Source: Bryobacterales bacterium (lineage in GTDB: Bacteria > Acidobacteriota > Terriglobia > Bryobacterales > UBA6623). From it: a stretch of 64,000 bases of DNA. Made by a program: the position numbers and the translations under genes. The stretch spans positions 1,948,154 to 2,012,153 of the forward strand of contig OZ241997.1 in assembly GCA_965204435.1 (NCBI GenBank). The letters run 5' to 3'. Shown here piece after piece: positions 19,729 to 29,457 of the stretch (positions are counted from its first letter, which is position 1; every line of letters starts with the position of its first letter). Below the pieces are notes generated by a model, which was given only the letters and a program-made list of their open reading frames with translations, was not told the origin of the DNA and made no database searches.

Positions 19729-20661
19729 CTAGAAGTGGCTGAATCCCCGCGGGGCGAGCCGTTGCCGGCCTTGATCGGTCTGGAGCCAAACGCCCGACCC
19801 GCTTTCCACCGTGCCGATCGGAGTCACATCCAGCCCGCTCAACCCAGCGGATCCGGCTGCGCAGGTGAACAGCAGTTCGTACTCTTCGCCCGAGACCAGT
19901 GCATCGGCTAGCGCCGAACCGGGAAATAGTGGTACGCGGGACGCTTCGATCACGAGCGCCACGCGGCTGGCGTCGGCCAGGCGGTTGGCATCGATCGCGA
20001 GCCCGTCGCTGAGGTCCAAGGCCGCGGTTGCGGGGAGCTGCCGCAACGCCCCCCCCAAAGGCAGCCTTGAGGTCGGCGCACAGTGCCGACGCACGGCGGG
20101 ATGGTCGAACGGAGGGGGCGAATCGCCGAGGAGCAGCTTCAGTCCCTGCGCGGATCCACCCAAGCTGCCCGAGACGCAGAGCTGGTCCCCCGGGCGAGCG
20201 CCGCTGCGCAACAGAGCGGTTCCAGCGGCGACCTGCCCGATCGCGGTCACCGTCGCGACGAACACATCACCGGCAGCGACATCCCCTCCCAGCAGCGCTA
20301 CGTCGGGGATACCTAGATCGTCGGCTGCTGCCCGCATTCCCTGCTGAAATTCCTCGTGCCACTCCGAACGCGCCGCCCAGTCGGGCAGGCAGACGGTCTG
20401 CAAGAAGCAGAGCGGCGTGCCCCCCATCGCAGCTATGTCGCTGAGTGACCGGACAAGCGCCTTGCGGCCTAGGTCCCGCGGCGGATGCCTGTCCCGGACG
20501 AAGTGGCGGCCCTGGATCAGTTGGTCCGAAGTTACCAGCCAATCAAGTGCGCCGTCGGACACGCGCAGCACACCGCAGTCGTCCCCTCCGCCGACCGCAA
20601 TGCCGGAGTTGCCTTGGCCGGCCCAGAGGGCCTGAATCGTCCGGATGACCTGATCTTCCAT
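19729..20661 (-). CDS. thiL: Thiamine-phosphate kinase
   Basis: GGDDCG, LSDIAAMGG, GGD, RSGARPGD, DLSDGL, GEEYEL. Confidence 0.93.
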   Translation of the reverse strand: MEDQVIRTIQALWAGQGNSGIAVGGGDDCGVLRVSDGALDWLVTSDQLIQGRHFVRDRHPPRDLGRKALVRSLSDIAAMGGTPLCFLQTVCLPDWAARSEWHEEFQQGMRAAADDLGIPDVALLGGDVAAGDVFVATVTAIGQVAAGTALLRSGARPGDQLCVSGSLGGSAQGLKLLLGDSPPPFDHPAVRRHCAPTSRLPLGGALRQLPATAALDLSDGLAIDANRLADASRVALVIEASRVPLFPGSALADALVSGEEYELLFTCAAGSAGLSGLDVTPIGTVESGSGVWLQTDQGRQRLAPRGFSHF

Positions 20662-20726
20662 GGCCTAGCGCGAATCGATTCGAGCTAAATCGCGCATCGC
20701 CAAGGCTTTGTTGACCGGGTTGTCAC

Positions 20727-20756
20727 TTGACAATGCTGTCCATCCTAGTGTACTTT
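20727..20756 (+). promoter_or_regulatory. Putative sigma70 promoter for the M23 peptidase gene
   Basis: Perfect TTGACA (20727-20732), 18-nt spacer, TACTTT (20751-20756), about 75 bp upstream of the ATG at 20832. Confidence 0.5.
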
Positions 20757-20831
20757 GGGGACTTGGGGCCCAAATCGCGCAATGCCGCTCGTGCGCATCG
20801 GTCAGTTCACTGAGCCAGCACTAGGTTCCGC

Positions 20832-21695
20832 ATGCGAGACAAACGATTCCTAGTTATTATTGCCCACCCTAGGCTGGGCCGTCTTGGGCGCTTCGAGGTC
20901 TCGCACCTGGGATTGCAGGTCGCCGCTAGCCTTGTAGCAGTCGCGCTGCTGGCAACTATCGGCCTGGCGGCCGGATACTTCAAGAAGGCGCAAGAGGCAG
21001 AGCGGCTGCTTTCCCAGAGCGAGGCGCTGCGCGAGGAGTACGAGAGCCTCGTGCTGACCTCGCAAGAGCGCGAGGAACATCTGGCTTCGCTGAGTGGCTT
21101 GGCGTACCAAGTCTCGATCGCCTACGGCATTCAACGCGACGCCCTTGGGGCAGAAGATGCCTTCGGTTCGGACCTAGCCCCGGCCTACTACGCGTCGCTG
21201 AACCAATATGACCGCCTTCAGGGCGCGCTGGTCCGCACCTCGGCGGGCGGCTCGGCTCTGCTGGCGAACAGCACTCCCTCGATCTGGCCAGTGAAGGGCC
21301 ACATCACGAGCACCTACGGAAGGCGCCTAGACCCATTCCACGGCAAGGGTACCTTTCACCGCGGGATCGACATTAGCGCGCCATATGGCTCCGCGGTTCT
21401 AGCGACGGCGGACGGATTCGTCTCGATGACGGGCTGGGATGCCGGACTTGGAAACTGCGTGAAGATAGTTCACGGCAGGAATGGCTTCAGCACGACCTAC
21501 GGACATCTCAAGGAATACCTTGTTCGACCGGGCCAGCCGGTCCAGCGTGGCGAGCTGATCGGACTCGTGGGCTCGACTGGGCGCACCACGGGCGCACACG
21601 TCCACTACGAAGTGAGTTCCAGAGGTCTGACCGTCAATCCTTACCGCTATCTCAAGAGCAAGCCAAGCACATATCCCGTTGTGCGCGCCGACTAG
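20832..21695 (+). CDS. M23 family metallopeptidase
   Basis: N-terminal TM and coiled coil; HRGID, YGHL, STGRTTGAHVHYE. Confidence 0.93.
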   Translation: MRDKRFLVIIAHPRLGRLGRFEVSHLGLQVAASLVAVALLATIGLAAGYFKKAQEAERLLSQSEALREEYESLVLTSQEREEHLASLSGLAYQVSIAYGIQRDALGAEDAFGSDLAPAYYASLNQYDRLQGALVRTSAGGSALLANSTPSIWPVKGHITSTYGRRLDPFHGKGTFHRGIDISAPYGSAVLATADGFVSMTGWDAGLGNCVKIVHGRNGFSTTYGHLKEYLVRPGQPVQRGELIGLVGSTGRTTGAHVHYEVSSRGLTVNPYRYLKSKPSTYPVVRAD

Positions 21696-22120
21696 ACTCG
21701 GAACGAAATCCGGCGCAGTAGCCCGGCCAATCTTGTAGCGTCGGCCGAAGCACTATTTTCGGCGCTGACGAGTCCCCCCCAACGGGCGTATGCTCCAAGC
21801 GCTCGCCGGCCACCGCATCGCGGAGCTGAGACCGAGATCGGAACTGACGCAGCAGGATCGGCCCAGTGCAGCGCGCCAACCGGCTCCGAATTTCGAGATT
21901 CCGACCTGTCGGCTACAATCCGAGATATCAAGGACGCTCTCGTGCAATGACATCCACTGGACGGCAGGCCTGCCTTCGCCGAGATGGCTGGCCACAAGTG
22001 CCCCGCCCTAGCAGTTCGCAGCGGACGGCCGATTGCTCGCCGCCCCGCGATCCTGGCAGTGGCCAGTCCTGACAGCGCGCAATCCGACAATCTTCGTGGA
22101 TCTAGAGCGGACTGCTTCCT

Positions 22121-23800
22121 ATGGCTTCTTTCAACACTGACATCGAAATAGCGCGCGCGGCAAGACTCAGGCCGATACACGAGATTGGGGCCAAGCTTGG
22201 AATCCCAAGCGAGCATGTCCTCGCGTTCGGTCGCGACAAGGCGAAACTGTCCCGGCAGTTCACGGACTCGCTGGGAGGGCGACCGGACGGAAAGCTGATC
22301 TTGGTTACCGGAGTGAACCCGACTCCTCCCGGCGAGGGCAAGACTACTACCACTGTCGGCCTAGGCGATGCCCTGAGCCAGCTAGGCAATACGACTGCAA
22401 TCTGCTTGCGCGAGCCTTCGCTAGGCCCATGTTTCGGGATGAAGGGAGGGGCCACCGGCGGAGGGCGTGCTCAAGTCGTCCCGATGGAGGACATAAACCT
22501 CCACTTCACCGGAGACTTTCACGCGATCGCCGCCGCTCACAACTTGCTCGCCGCAATGGTTGACAACAGCATCCACTGGCATGGCGAGGCAGGTATCGAC
22601 TCCCGGCGGGTGGTCTGGCGGCGCGTTCTCGACACGAACGACCGCGCATTGCGCCAGATTGTCAGCTCGCTGGGAGGCGTCCGCAACGGGTTCCCCCGCG
22701 AGACCGGATTCGATATCACGGCCGCCTCCGAGATCATGGCCATCTTGTGCCTGGCAAGCGACCTGCGCGACCTGAGGCGAAGGCTTGGCGAGATCATCGT
22801 CGGCTACCGCCGCGACCGCTCCCCGGTGCACTGCCGCGACCTTCGCGCGGATGGCGCCATGAGCGTGCTCTTGCAGGACGCGATGCAACCGAATCTCGTG
22901 CAGACCATCGAGAACACCCCCGCGTTCATCCATGGCGGCCCGTTCGCAAACATCGCCCACGGCTGCAATTCCGTCATCGCAACCAAGACCGCGCTGAAGC
23001 TCGCGGACTACGTCGTCACCGAGGCCGGGTTCGGCGCGGACCTAGGAGCCGAGAAGTTCTTCGACATCAAGTGCCGCAGCGCTGGGCTGAATCCCGAGGC
23101 AGCGGTAATTGTCGCCACGGTGCGCGCCCTGAAGTGGAACGGCGGAGTCGACAAGAACGACCTCGCTGTCGAGAACGCCGCCGCAGTCGAGAAGGGCTGC
23201 GCCAACCTAGGGCGACACATCGACAACCTCCGGCAGTTCGGCGTGCCGACCACCGTGGCAATCAACCGTTTCCCTATGGACACTGATGACGAGGTTGCCG
23301 CCATCCAGTCCTACGCGAGCGCCCGCGGCATCGAAGCGATACCTTGCACTCACTGGGCAGACGGTTCGGCGGGAGCGGAGGCGCTTGCTCGTCACGTCAT
23401 CGCAATGCTGCGGAAGCGCAACAGCCGATTCGCACCGCTATATCCGGACGAAATGCCCCTGCTAGAGAAAATGCAAGCCGTGGCGAGGCGGATTTACCAT
23501 GCCGACGGCATTGAGGCGGGCAAGAAGGTTCGCGGCCAGCTGAGCCGCTGGGACGAGGCCGGCTACGGCAAGCTTCCGGTATGCATGGCCAAGACACAGT
23601 ACAGCTTCTCTGCCGATCCCAAGCTGCTAGGTTCGCCGAGCGGACATTCCGTGCCCGTTCGGGAGGTTCGCTTGGCCTCCGGTGCCGGTTTCGTGGTGGC
23701 GATCTGCGGCGAGATCATGACCATGCCCGGGCTCCCCAGGGTGCCCGCCGCGGAATCCATCCGCGTCACGGACGACGGCTTGGTGGAAGGCCTGGGCTAG
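22121..23800 (+). CDS. fhs: Formate--tetrahydrofolate ligase
   Basis: [54 protein letters not shown]. Confidence 0.98.
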   Translation: MASFNTDIEIARAARLRPIHEIGAKLGIPSEHVLAFGRDKAKLSRQFTDSLGGRPDGKLILVTGVNPTPPGEGKTTTTVGLGDALSQLGNTTAICLREPSLGPCFGMKGGATGGGRAQVVPMEDINLHFTGDFHAIAAAHNLLAAMVDNSIHWHGEAGIDSRRVVWRRVLDTNDRALRQIVSSLGGVRNGFPRETGFDITAASEIMAILCLASDLRDLRRRLGEIIVGYRRDRSPVHCRDLRADGAMSVLLQDAMQPNLVQTIENTPAFIHGGPFANIAHGCNSVIATKTALKLADYVVTEAGFGADLGAEKFFDIKCRSAGLNPEAAVIVATVRALKWNGGVDKNDLAVENAAAVEKGCANLGRHIDNLRQFGVPTTVAINRFPMDTDDEVAAIQSYASARGIEAIPCTHWADGSAGAEALARHVIAMLRKRNSRFAPLYPDEMPLLEKMQAVARRIYHADGIEAGKKVRGQLSRWDEAGYGKLPVCMAKTQYSFSADPKLLGSPSGHSVPVREVRLASGAGFVVAICGEIMTMPGLPRVPAAESIRVTDDGLVEGLG

Positions 23801-24053
23801 TCCTGCGGCGAGTCCAGCCGGACAGGCAAGGGCCGTAGCGGCCGCTAGGAAGGGGTCTGGCCGGAAGGTGCTGCTCGCGGCAAAGTAAGGGCGCTCGGGA
23901 TCAATACCGCGCTGATCGTCTCGAAAATGATTGGTTCCGGAGAGGGTCGCGGCATGGGAAGCCGTCGCACTCCCCGACGTTTCGCTGTACAGCTGCGCGG
24001 CCTAGTTCTGGTAGGCCTAGGCCCGATGCCCGAAGGATCGGTTCGCGGCCCCG

Positions 24054-24293
24054 CTAGTCTCCCGCGACTCCGGCCGGCTCGCCCGCGCGGGACAGGCCCG
24101 CCCCCTCAAACAGCCCCTCGATGCGAGCCACGCGCTGCGCCAGCCCGCCGACCCCGCGCTCCAGCGCCGCTACCCGCCCGGCCAGCTCCCGGATATCGCC
24201 GCGCAGCCAGCCGCTGATGGTGAGGATCAGCCCGCCGAGCCCGACCATCAGGGCCACGCCAACGCCTAGAATGCCAATCAACTCGGCGCTCAC
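24054..24293 (-). CDS. Small TM + coiled-coil hypothetical protein
   Basis: MSAELIGILGVGVAL (TM) followed by heptads ending RVARIEG. Confidence 0.65.
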   Translation of the reverse strand: MSAELIGILGVGVALMVGLGGLILTISGWLRGDIRELAGRVAALERGVGGLAQRVARIEGLFEGAGLSRAGEPAGVAGD

Positions 24294-24479
24294 GCCCTTA
24301 GCCTAACGGAAGTTCAGGCTCGGCCCCTCCCTACGGCTGCATCATCGACCCGCCGCGCAGGCAGACTCAAGCGCGGAATCCGCAAAACCGAGTTCGACTC
24401 CCCGATCTCAAGTCTGTCGTGAAAGCGATCGTTGCCGAGACTTGCGTGGAATTGCGCCAGCCGCGCCTGCGGCCTACGC

Positions 24480-24791
24480 TGGAGTCCCTTGGCACACCTC
24501 ACGGCCGGCGAGCTTGTTGATTCCGGCACGCTGCCGCCCGAAGTGCTCGGGGCCTGCGTCGCATGCATGCGCGACCGCCACTACGTCCCCTTCATGAGCT
24601 TGGCTCGCCCAGGCAAGACCACGCTCATCCATGCGCTGGTTGGCCTGCTGCTCCTGGCAAACGTGCCGCTGCTCGACCTTGATGCCGACGACGAACTGCG
24701 CTTGGAGCGTTCGCGTCAGAAGCGTATCTTGCTGCGGCGCGATCGATTCAAGCACGCACTGCGCGGCTCAGCGTTGGAAGCGCTACACTCC
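24480..24791 (+). pseudogene. Degenerate CpaF/TadA/VirB11-like secretion ATPase fragment
   Basis: LTAGELVDSGTL...PGKTTLIHAL...DADDEL resembles the pre-Walker A, Walker A and Asp-box region, but Walker A is decayed and the C-terminus is missing. Confidence 0.5.
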
Positions 24792-25571
24792 CTAGCCAGA
24801 CCGAAGGCGCGCTAGCGCCACGCGCGCTCCCGCCCGCGTCTGCAGCGAAGCCGCCGCGCTTCCTCGGTTCAGCGAAATCTCCACATATCCAGAACTGCCC
24901 AAGATCAGGAACGGCTCGCCTTCGGGAGCGTCGGCATACGAACCGGCTCGCGAGCCAACCACCCTTCCGCCGACCTCCAGCCCTGAACCGTCGGCTAGGT
25001 CCTCCGGACGAAAGCTGGTCACGACGTTCCCGAACCGGTCCACGTGGAGCACGGCCCCGATGCCGGCGGCGACAGCGACCGGGGGAAGCCGGACCGGTTC
25101 GGCCATGCTAGGGCCGACGTCCTCGAACTTCAGGCCGGCTGCCAACCTGGCCGCGACCGGGGCAAACAGGTCGCGCCCGTGAAACGTGCGGCTGATCTCC
25201 CCCAGTCCGTGCCGGGTCTCGACCCGTCGGACGCTGGACGCCGAGACCGACTCCAAGACCTGCGACAGCACCCCGTTGTCCGGCGCGACGAAAAAGTGCC
25301 GGCCCGCCGCGGCTGCTATGGGCGCCCGCGACGATCCGACCCCGGGGTCCACGACCACCACGTGCACAGTGCCGTCGGGGTAGCTCTGCCACGCCTGCGC
25401 GATCGCGAACGCGCCCTCGGCAATGTCGAAGCTCGGTACGTCGTGGGTGATGTCGAAGACTTGCACGCCCGGAGCGAGACTGGCCACGACGCCCTTCATC
25501 GCTCCGACATAGTGGTCGCGGTAGCCAAAGTCGGTTGTGAGCGTCAGCACACCGGGCAACACTTTGGACAT
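24792..25571 (-). CDS. SAM hydroxide adenosyltransferase (DUF62, chlorinase/fluorinase superfamily)
   Basis: LTTDFG, DITH, VVDPGVGSSR, APDNG, RTFHGRD, VDRFGN. Confidence 0.9.
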   Translation of the reverse strand: MSKVLPGVLTLTTDFGYRDHYVGAMKGVVASLAPGVQVFDITHDVPSFDIAEGAFAIAQAWQSYPDGTVHVVVVDPGVGSSRAPIAAAAGRHFFVAPDNGVLSQVLESVSASSVRRVETRHGLGEISRTFHGRDLFAPVAARLAAGLKFEDVGPSMAEPVRLPPVAVAAGIGAVLHVDRFGNVVTSFRPEDLADGSGLEVGGRVVGSRAGSYADAPEGEPFLILGSSGYVEISLNRGSAAASLQTRAGARVALARLRSG

Positions 25572-25593
25572 GCTCGCTCTCCGTGCCCGGCGA

Positions 25594-26271
25594 TCAGACG
25601 GTCCGTCCCCATTGCGCAGCCGCGGAGCGGCGAGCCGCTCGCGCCGCAAGCGCCCGGTGCACCAGCATCAAAGACCCGGGAAGCAGGATAGAAGCGGCAA
25701 ACGCCATCAAGAACGTGTTGACGTCGCGGACGTATGCTCCCACACCCGCATAGACCGCCGCAATCGCGAGATTGGACATGCCCACACAACCAAAGAAGCG
25801 CAGAAGCGGCATGCTTGCCACCCCCGCGATCACAACGGAACCTTCGGCCAGGACCGGCACGGCCCGGGACGCAATCAGGAAAAGACCTCCCCAACGGGCA
25901 TAAGTGCGGGCGGCGCGCTGAAGCTCGGATTCGCCCACAATGCGGGCCGCAACCCGCCTGCGGGCCCAGCGGCCGACGCCGTAACCGGCGAGCGCCCCGG
26001 ATTGCATCCCGACCCAAGTGGCGGCCATGCCCGGCACCAGACCCAACAACAGTCCCGAGGCTGTCGCCACCAGACTCGAGGGGACGGGCACGAACAGGTC
26101 GGAGGCCAGCAACAACACGACGGCCACGCCAACCGACACCCCGCCCGAGGAGCCTTGCAGCAACGCTTCCGAGAGACGCGCGGTGCTCTCCTCGAAGAGC
26201 CAGAACGGCACTAAGACCAGCGCGAGGACGATACTTGTGAAGAGGCTCCAGCGAAGCACCGCGCCCAGCAT
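25594..26271 (-). CDS. DedA/VTT (TVP38/TMEM64) membrane protein
   Basis: LLASDLFVPVPSS, GY.VGR, SRAVPVLAE. Confidence 0.85.
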   Translation of the reverse strand: MLGAVLRWSLFTSIVLALVLVPFWLFEESTARLSEALLQGSSGGVSVGVAVVLLLASDLFVPVPSSLVATASGLLLGLVPGMAATWVGMQSGALAGYGVGRWARRRVAARIVGESELQRAARTYARWGGLFLIASRAVPVLAEGSVVIAGVASMPLLRFFGCVGMSNLAIAAVYAGVGAYVRDVNTFLMAFAASILLPGSLMLVHRALAARAARRSAAAQWGRTV

Positions 26272-26301
26272 CCTAAGAGTCTAGCGACATGGCGTTTCGT
26301 C

Positions 26302-29300
26302 CTATTCCGACTCGAACGCGACCGAATTGCTCTCGTGCCCGCCCACGGCGATCTTGACCGTGTGATCGCCGGGTTCGAGGTCTGCCGGCAGGTCTAGCGT
26401 GACCACGTAGACGCCTGCTTCGAATGATGCCAGAGCGCTCATGGTGACCTCGACGGGCTGCTCGTCCACCCACGCTTCCGTATCTGCAACTACGTTCTGC
26501 CTCGGCATGGAGAGTCCGGGCCGCCCGGTGCGCCCAGGGGGGCTGACCGCTCCGAATCCGGTGCCATAAATTTCCAGCAAGCCCCCCGCGCGCGGCAGCA
26601 CGCCGCCTCCCGGATTGTTCGGATCTACCACGGCAGCGCGCGCCCCCGCGCTCACGCGATCCGGGAAGATACCCGGCTGTGCGGGCCCCATGGGGATCGA
26701 CACGGGATCTGTCCGCCCAAACGCGGACGACACCACGATATCCGCCGCATCCGCGGGGATCTGGAATGGCAACTGAAAGGTAATCTCTGTCTCGGACACT
26801 TTCACCAACGGAACCGCCACTCCAGCGACATGCACGCTGGTCAGGCCCAGATGCACGGGAAGAGCCGGATTGTCGAAGGTCAGGATCGTGTCGGCTTCGA
26901 ACGGTTCGGTCGCCAAGGCACTTCCGTAGATCGTCACCAAGCTCCCGCGGGCGAAGCCCCGGCCCGCATCCGCGGTCTCGCCACTGGCGGCATTGGCCGT
27001 GAGAGCGGCCATCACCGCGGGTGGATTCTCCGACACGACCGCTTGGGTCTCCACGGCGCTATCGGGCACGCCGCTGATGGTTGCCGTCAGGGTCTGGCTG
27101 CCCGCTGAAGACGCCAATGGCCACTCGATCTCGGCTCGTCCGAACGCGTCGGTCTGACTGGCCTGGAGTTCGGCGGCATCCGCGCCGGTTACTGTGAACG
27201 CAAGCTCGACACCGCTGAAGGGCACCAAGTTCTCATCGCGAACGCGGTAGTCCAGCGGCTCGCTCAGCGTCGACCCCGCAATGCCGTACCGCTCCGGAAA
27301 GTGCAGCTGCTCCAAGCTGAGCTCCGTGGCGTCAGCACGCACCACTAAACGGGTCTCCAAGCGGTCGTATCCAGCCTCGGCCGCCTCGGCGGTCAGGGTC
27401 GCCGTGCCAGATTCCAGTCCGCGAGCGTCGAACTCGACCAATACTTCTCCCGCGGGGATCGTCACCGTGGCGGGGACTTCGGCAATGGCACTATCAAGCC
27501 GGAGGTTCACGACGAGGTCCGTGTCGCGGGACTCGGCAATCATGACCTGTGCCGAGCCGGTACAGCCGATCAGCAGCCCGCCAGCGGGCCACGTTGACAA
27601 GTGGAGCATTCGCGCGAGGTCGGCCGAGCTTGAAGCCCTGGACTCGGAATGCAAGTCGAAGAAGGAGAGCCACCACCTCCTGAGTTGTCTCAACGTGCGC
27701 AGCGATTCCGGCTTGGGCTGGGCGCCCTCGTCCACCAACAGGATGAACGCCTGGCGGAACTGTCTCTGAGACACGGAAGTGTCGGGCCGGCGGGGACCCA
27801 CTGCCTCGATGATGTCCTCGACGCGGATCTCCTTGCGGACCCCGTCGAACTCCACGCCGACTTCCGGCGTGCGCGACGCATTGCCGAGCGACCCGGTCGT
27901 CGACGTGGCATTCGTGACCAAGAATGTAGGCGGCACCTCCGACGGGTCCAGCAGTCCCATCAAGTACTGGTCCAGGAGACTGTAGGTCTGCGTGGCAGCA
28001 GTGGTCTCGAAACGGGGGCTGGCACCCTCGCCGTTGTCCCGGATGGCATTGCCCTCGAGCACGGAAGCGCTAGAGTTCAAGAAAAAGCTCCAGTGGGCGA
28101 ACTGGCGCCCGAGCAGTGCATCGGACAGCTCGCCGGTCTCGGGATCCTTGAACGGCGTGTAAGCCAGGAACCGGTGGCCGATCTCGTGCGCCAGGATCGT
28201 CAGCATCGAAGAATGCGGCAGCCCCCGGATTGGCGCGGCCGGGCTGGCAGGGTAGCCGGACAGCGCTCCCATGTTGACGAAGGACGAGAGCCGCCGCGGA
28301 GAGCCGAACACGCGGCCGCTATCGTAGATGAACTCGCCGATTCCGCGTATCTCGTTCCGCACGGTGTAAGCGTGGGCGAGCGAGAAGTCGCTGGCATCCA
28401 TGTCGAGATCGTTGAAGACGATCACCGTGTCGTAAGCATCCTCGTGGTTGCGATAAAACGAATGCACCACGGCAAACTCGTCGATCTCGGGATCGCTCAC
28501 AAAAACCTCGGCAAGAATGCTGTCCGCGTCGAAAAGCTCGGACTCGACCGAGCTCCAATCGACCGCTGCGACACCGCTCAAGGCCTCGCCGCTGAACAAG
28601 CCGACCACTGCATCGAGGAGGGTTAGGTCCCCGTAGCGGAACTCGATGCCGCCATCTCGATGGATTGTCACCTGAAAGGTCTGCGGGTCTCCCACGGGGC
28701 CCTCGGTGAACAGCGGCACGGCGTGCCATGCCACGGTCAGCGCTTCGGATGTCGCCGCGACCCGGACGCTTCCTCCGCGGCTCGGATCTAGATCGCGAAA
28801 GAGGGGGGCGATCCGCGCGGGGCCGTAGGCAGCCCGCGAGTAGTTTCTAGGCCGAGAACTCGCCTCTGGGTACACCAAGGTGAGATTGCCGTCGGAATTG
28901 ACGAAGAGACTGTCATGGGAAGAGCCGTAGTAGGGAAACTCAAACGGCAATTCGACGAGCTTGAAGTCGTCGTCCTCCAGATCCAACGGCGTCCCCTCCT
29001 CCGGGATCGGCGCGCCCTCCGGAAACGTAGAAACTGCGACTCGGAAACTGTCCTGCTCGGGCGTGATCGTGACCGAGGAGTTGGCCAGGTCGAACGGGTG
29101 TGGCGGCGAGAGCACTTCATGCGTGGCTTCGACGATCGCGATGCCGTCCACGCTGATCGGCACCGACGGTCCGGTCTGGGCACGGGCGCTGAAGCGCTCC
29201 TTTTCCTCGGACAGCCCCCGCTGCTGCGCCAGGAAAATAGCTTCCTGGGCAGAGCGCGGATTCCCGCAGGCGACCTTGTCGAAGTGCGCGGGTGCCGCGA

Positions 29301-29370
29301 AGGCCGGGCCGGCAGCGACGGGCGCTAAGGCAAGAGCGCCGACGGCTGCGAAGATGCCCACCCCTCTCAT
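26302..29370 (-). CDS. Large secreted protein: NIDO-like region, HExxH metallopeptidase motif, Ig-like domains, TIGR03437-like C-terminal domain
   Basis: Signal peptide; FPYYG...VNSDGNLT...IAPLFRDLDP; LAHEIGHRF; NAAS...RGSLVTIYG...PGIF...YGTGFG...SN C-terminus. Confidence 0.8.
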   Translation of the reverse strand: MRGVGIFAAVGALALAPVAAGPAFAAPAHFDKVACGNPRSAQEAIFLAQQRGLSEEKERFSARAQTGPSVPISVDGIAIVEATHEVLSPPHPFDLANSSVTITPEQDSFRVAVSTFPEGAPIPEEGTPLDLEDDDFKLVELPFEFPYYGSSHDSLFVNSDGNLTLVYPEASSRPRNYSRAAYGPARIAPLFRDLDPSRGGSVRVAATSEALTVAWHAVPLFTEGPVGDPQTFQVTIHRDGGIEFRYGDLTLLDAVVGLFSGEALSGVAAVDWSSVESELFDADSILAEVFVSDPEIDEFAVVHSFYRNHEDAYDTVIVFNDLDMDASDFSLAHAYTVRNEIRGIGEFIYDSGRVFGSPRRLSSFVNMGALSGYPASPAAPIRGLPHSSMLTILAHEIGHRFLAYTPFKDPETGELSDALLGRQFAHWSFFLNSSASVLEGNAIRDNGEGASPRFETTAATQTYSLLDQYLMGLLDPSEVPPTFLVTNATSTTGSLGNASRTPEVGVEFDGVRKEIRVEDIIEAVGPRRPDTSVSQRQFRQAFILLVDEGAQPKPESLRTLRQLRRWWLSFFDLHSESRASSSADLARMLHLSTWPAGGLLIGCTGSAQVMIAESRDTDLVVNLRLDSAIAEVPATVTIPAGEVLVEFDARGLESGTATLTAEAAEAGYDRLETRLVVRADATELSLEQLHFPERYGIAGSTLSEPLDYRVRDENLVPFSGVELAFTVTGADAAELQASQTDAFGRAEIEWPLASSAGSQTLTATISGVPDSAVETQAVVSENPPAVMAALTANAASGETADAGRGFARGSLVTIYGSALATEPFEADTILTFDNPALPVHLGLTSVHVAGVAVPLVKVSETEITFQLPFQIPADAADIVVSSAFGRTDPVSIPMGPAQPGIFPDRVSAGARAAVVDPNNPGGGVLPRAGGLLEIYGTGFGAVSPPGRTGRPGLSMPRQNVVADTEAWVDEQPVEVTMSALASFEAGVYVVTLDLPADLEPGDHTVKIAVGGHESNSVAFESE

Positions 29371-29457
29371 CGCGCCAATTCTTGATTCTTGCACAGGCCC
29401 CTGAATTTGGACGCTCGCGTTCGGGCTCCCGTTTCTCGACGGCCGACGCGGCGGCGG

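Noticed and set aside
21696..22120. ZTP/THF riboswitch or hammerhead upstream of fhs
   Set aside because: No consensus elements found; CTGACGAG lacks the matching GAAA core.
24388..24410. GAGTTCGACTCCCC as a tRNA/tmRNA T-arm or att remnant
   Set aside because: Stem does not pair; no acceptor stem or CCA.
24792..25571. Fluorinase/chlorinase
   Set aside because: Retains the Asp/Arg (DPGVGSSR) and His (TFHGRD) triad of SAM hydroxide adenosyltransferases; no halometabolite cluster nearby.
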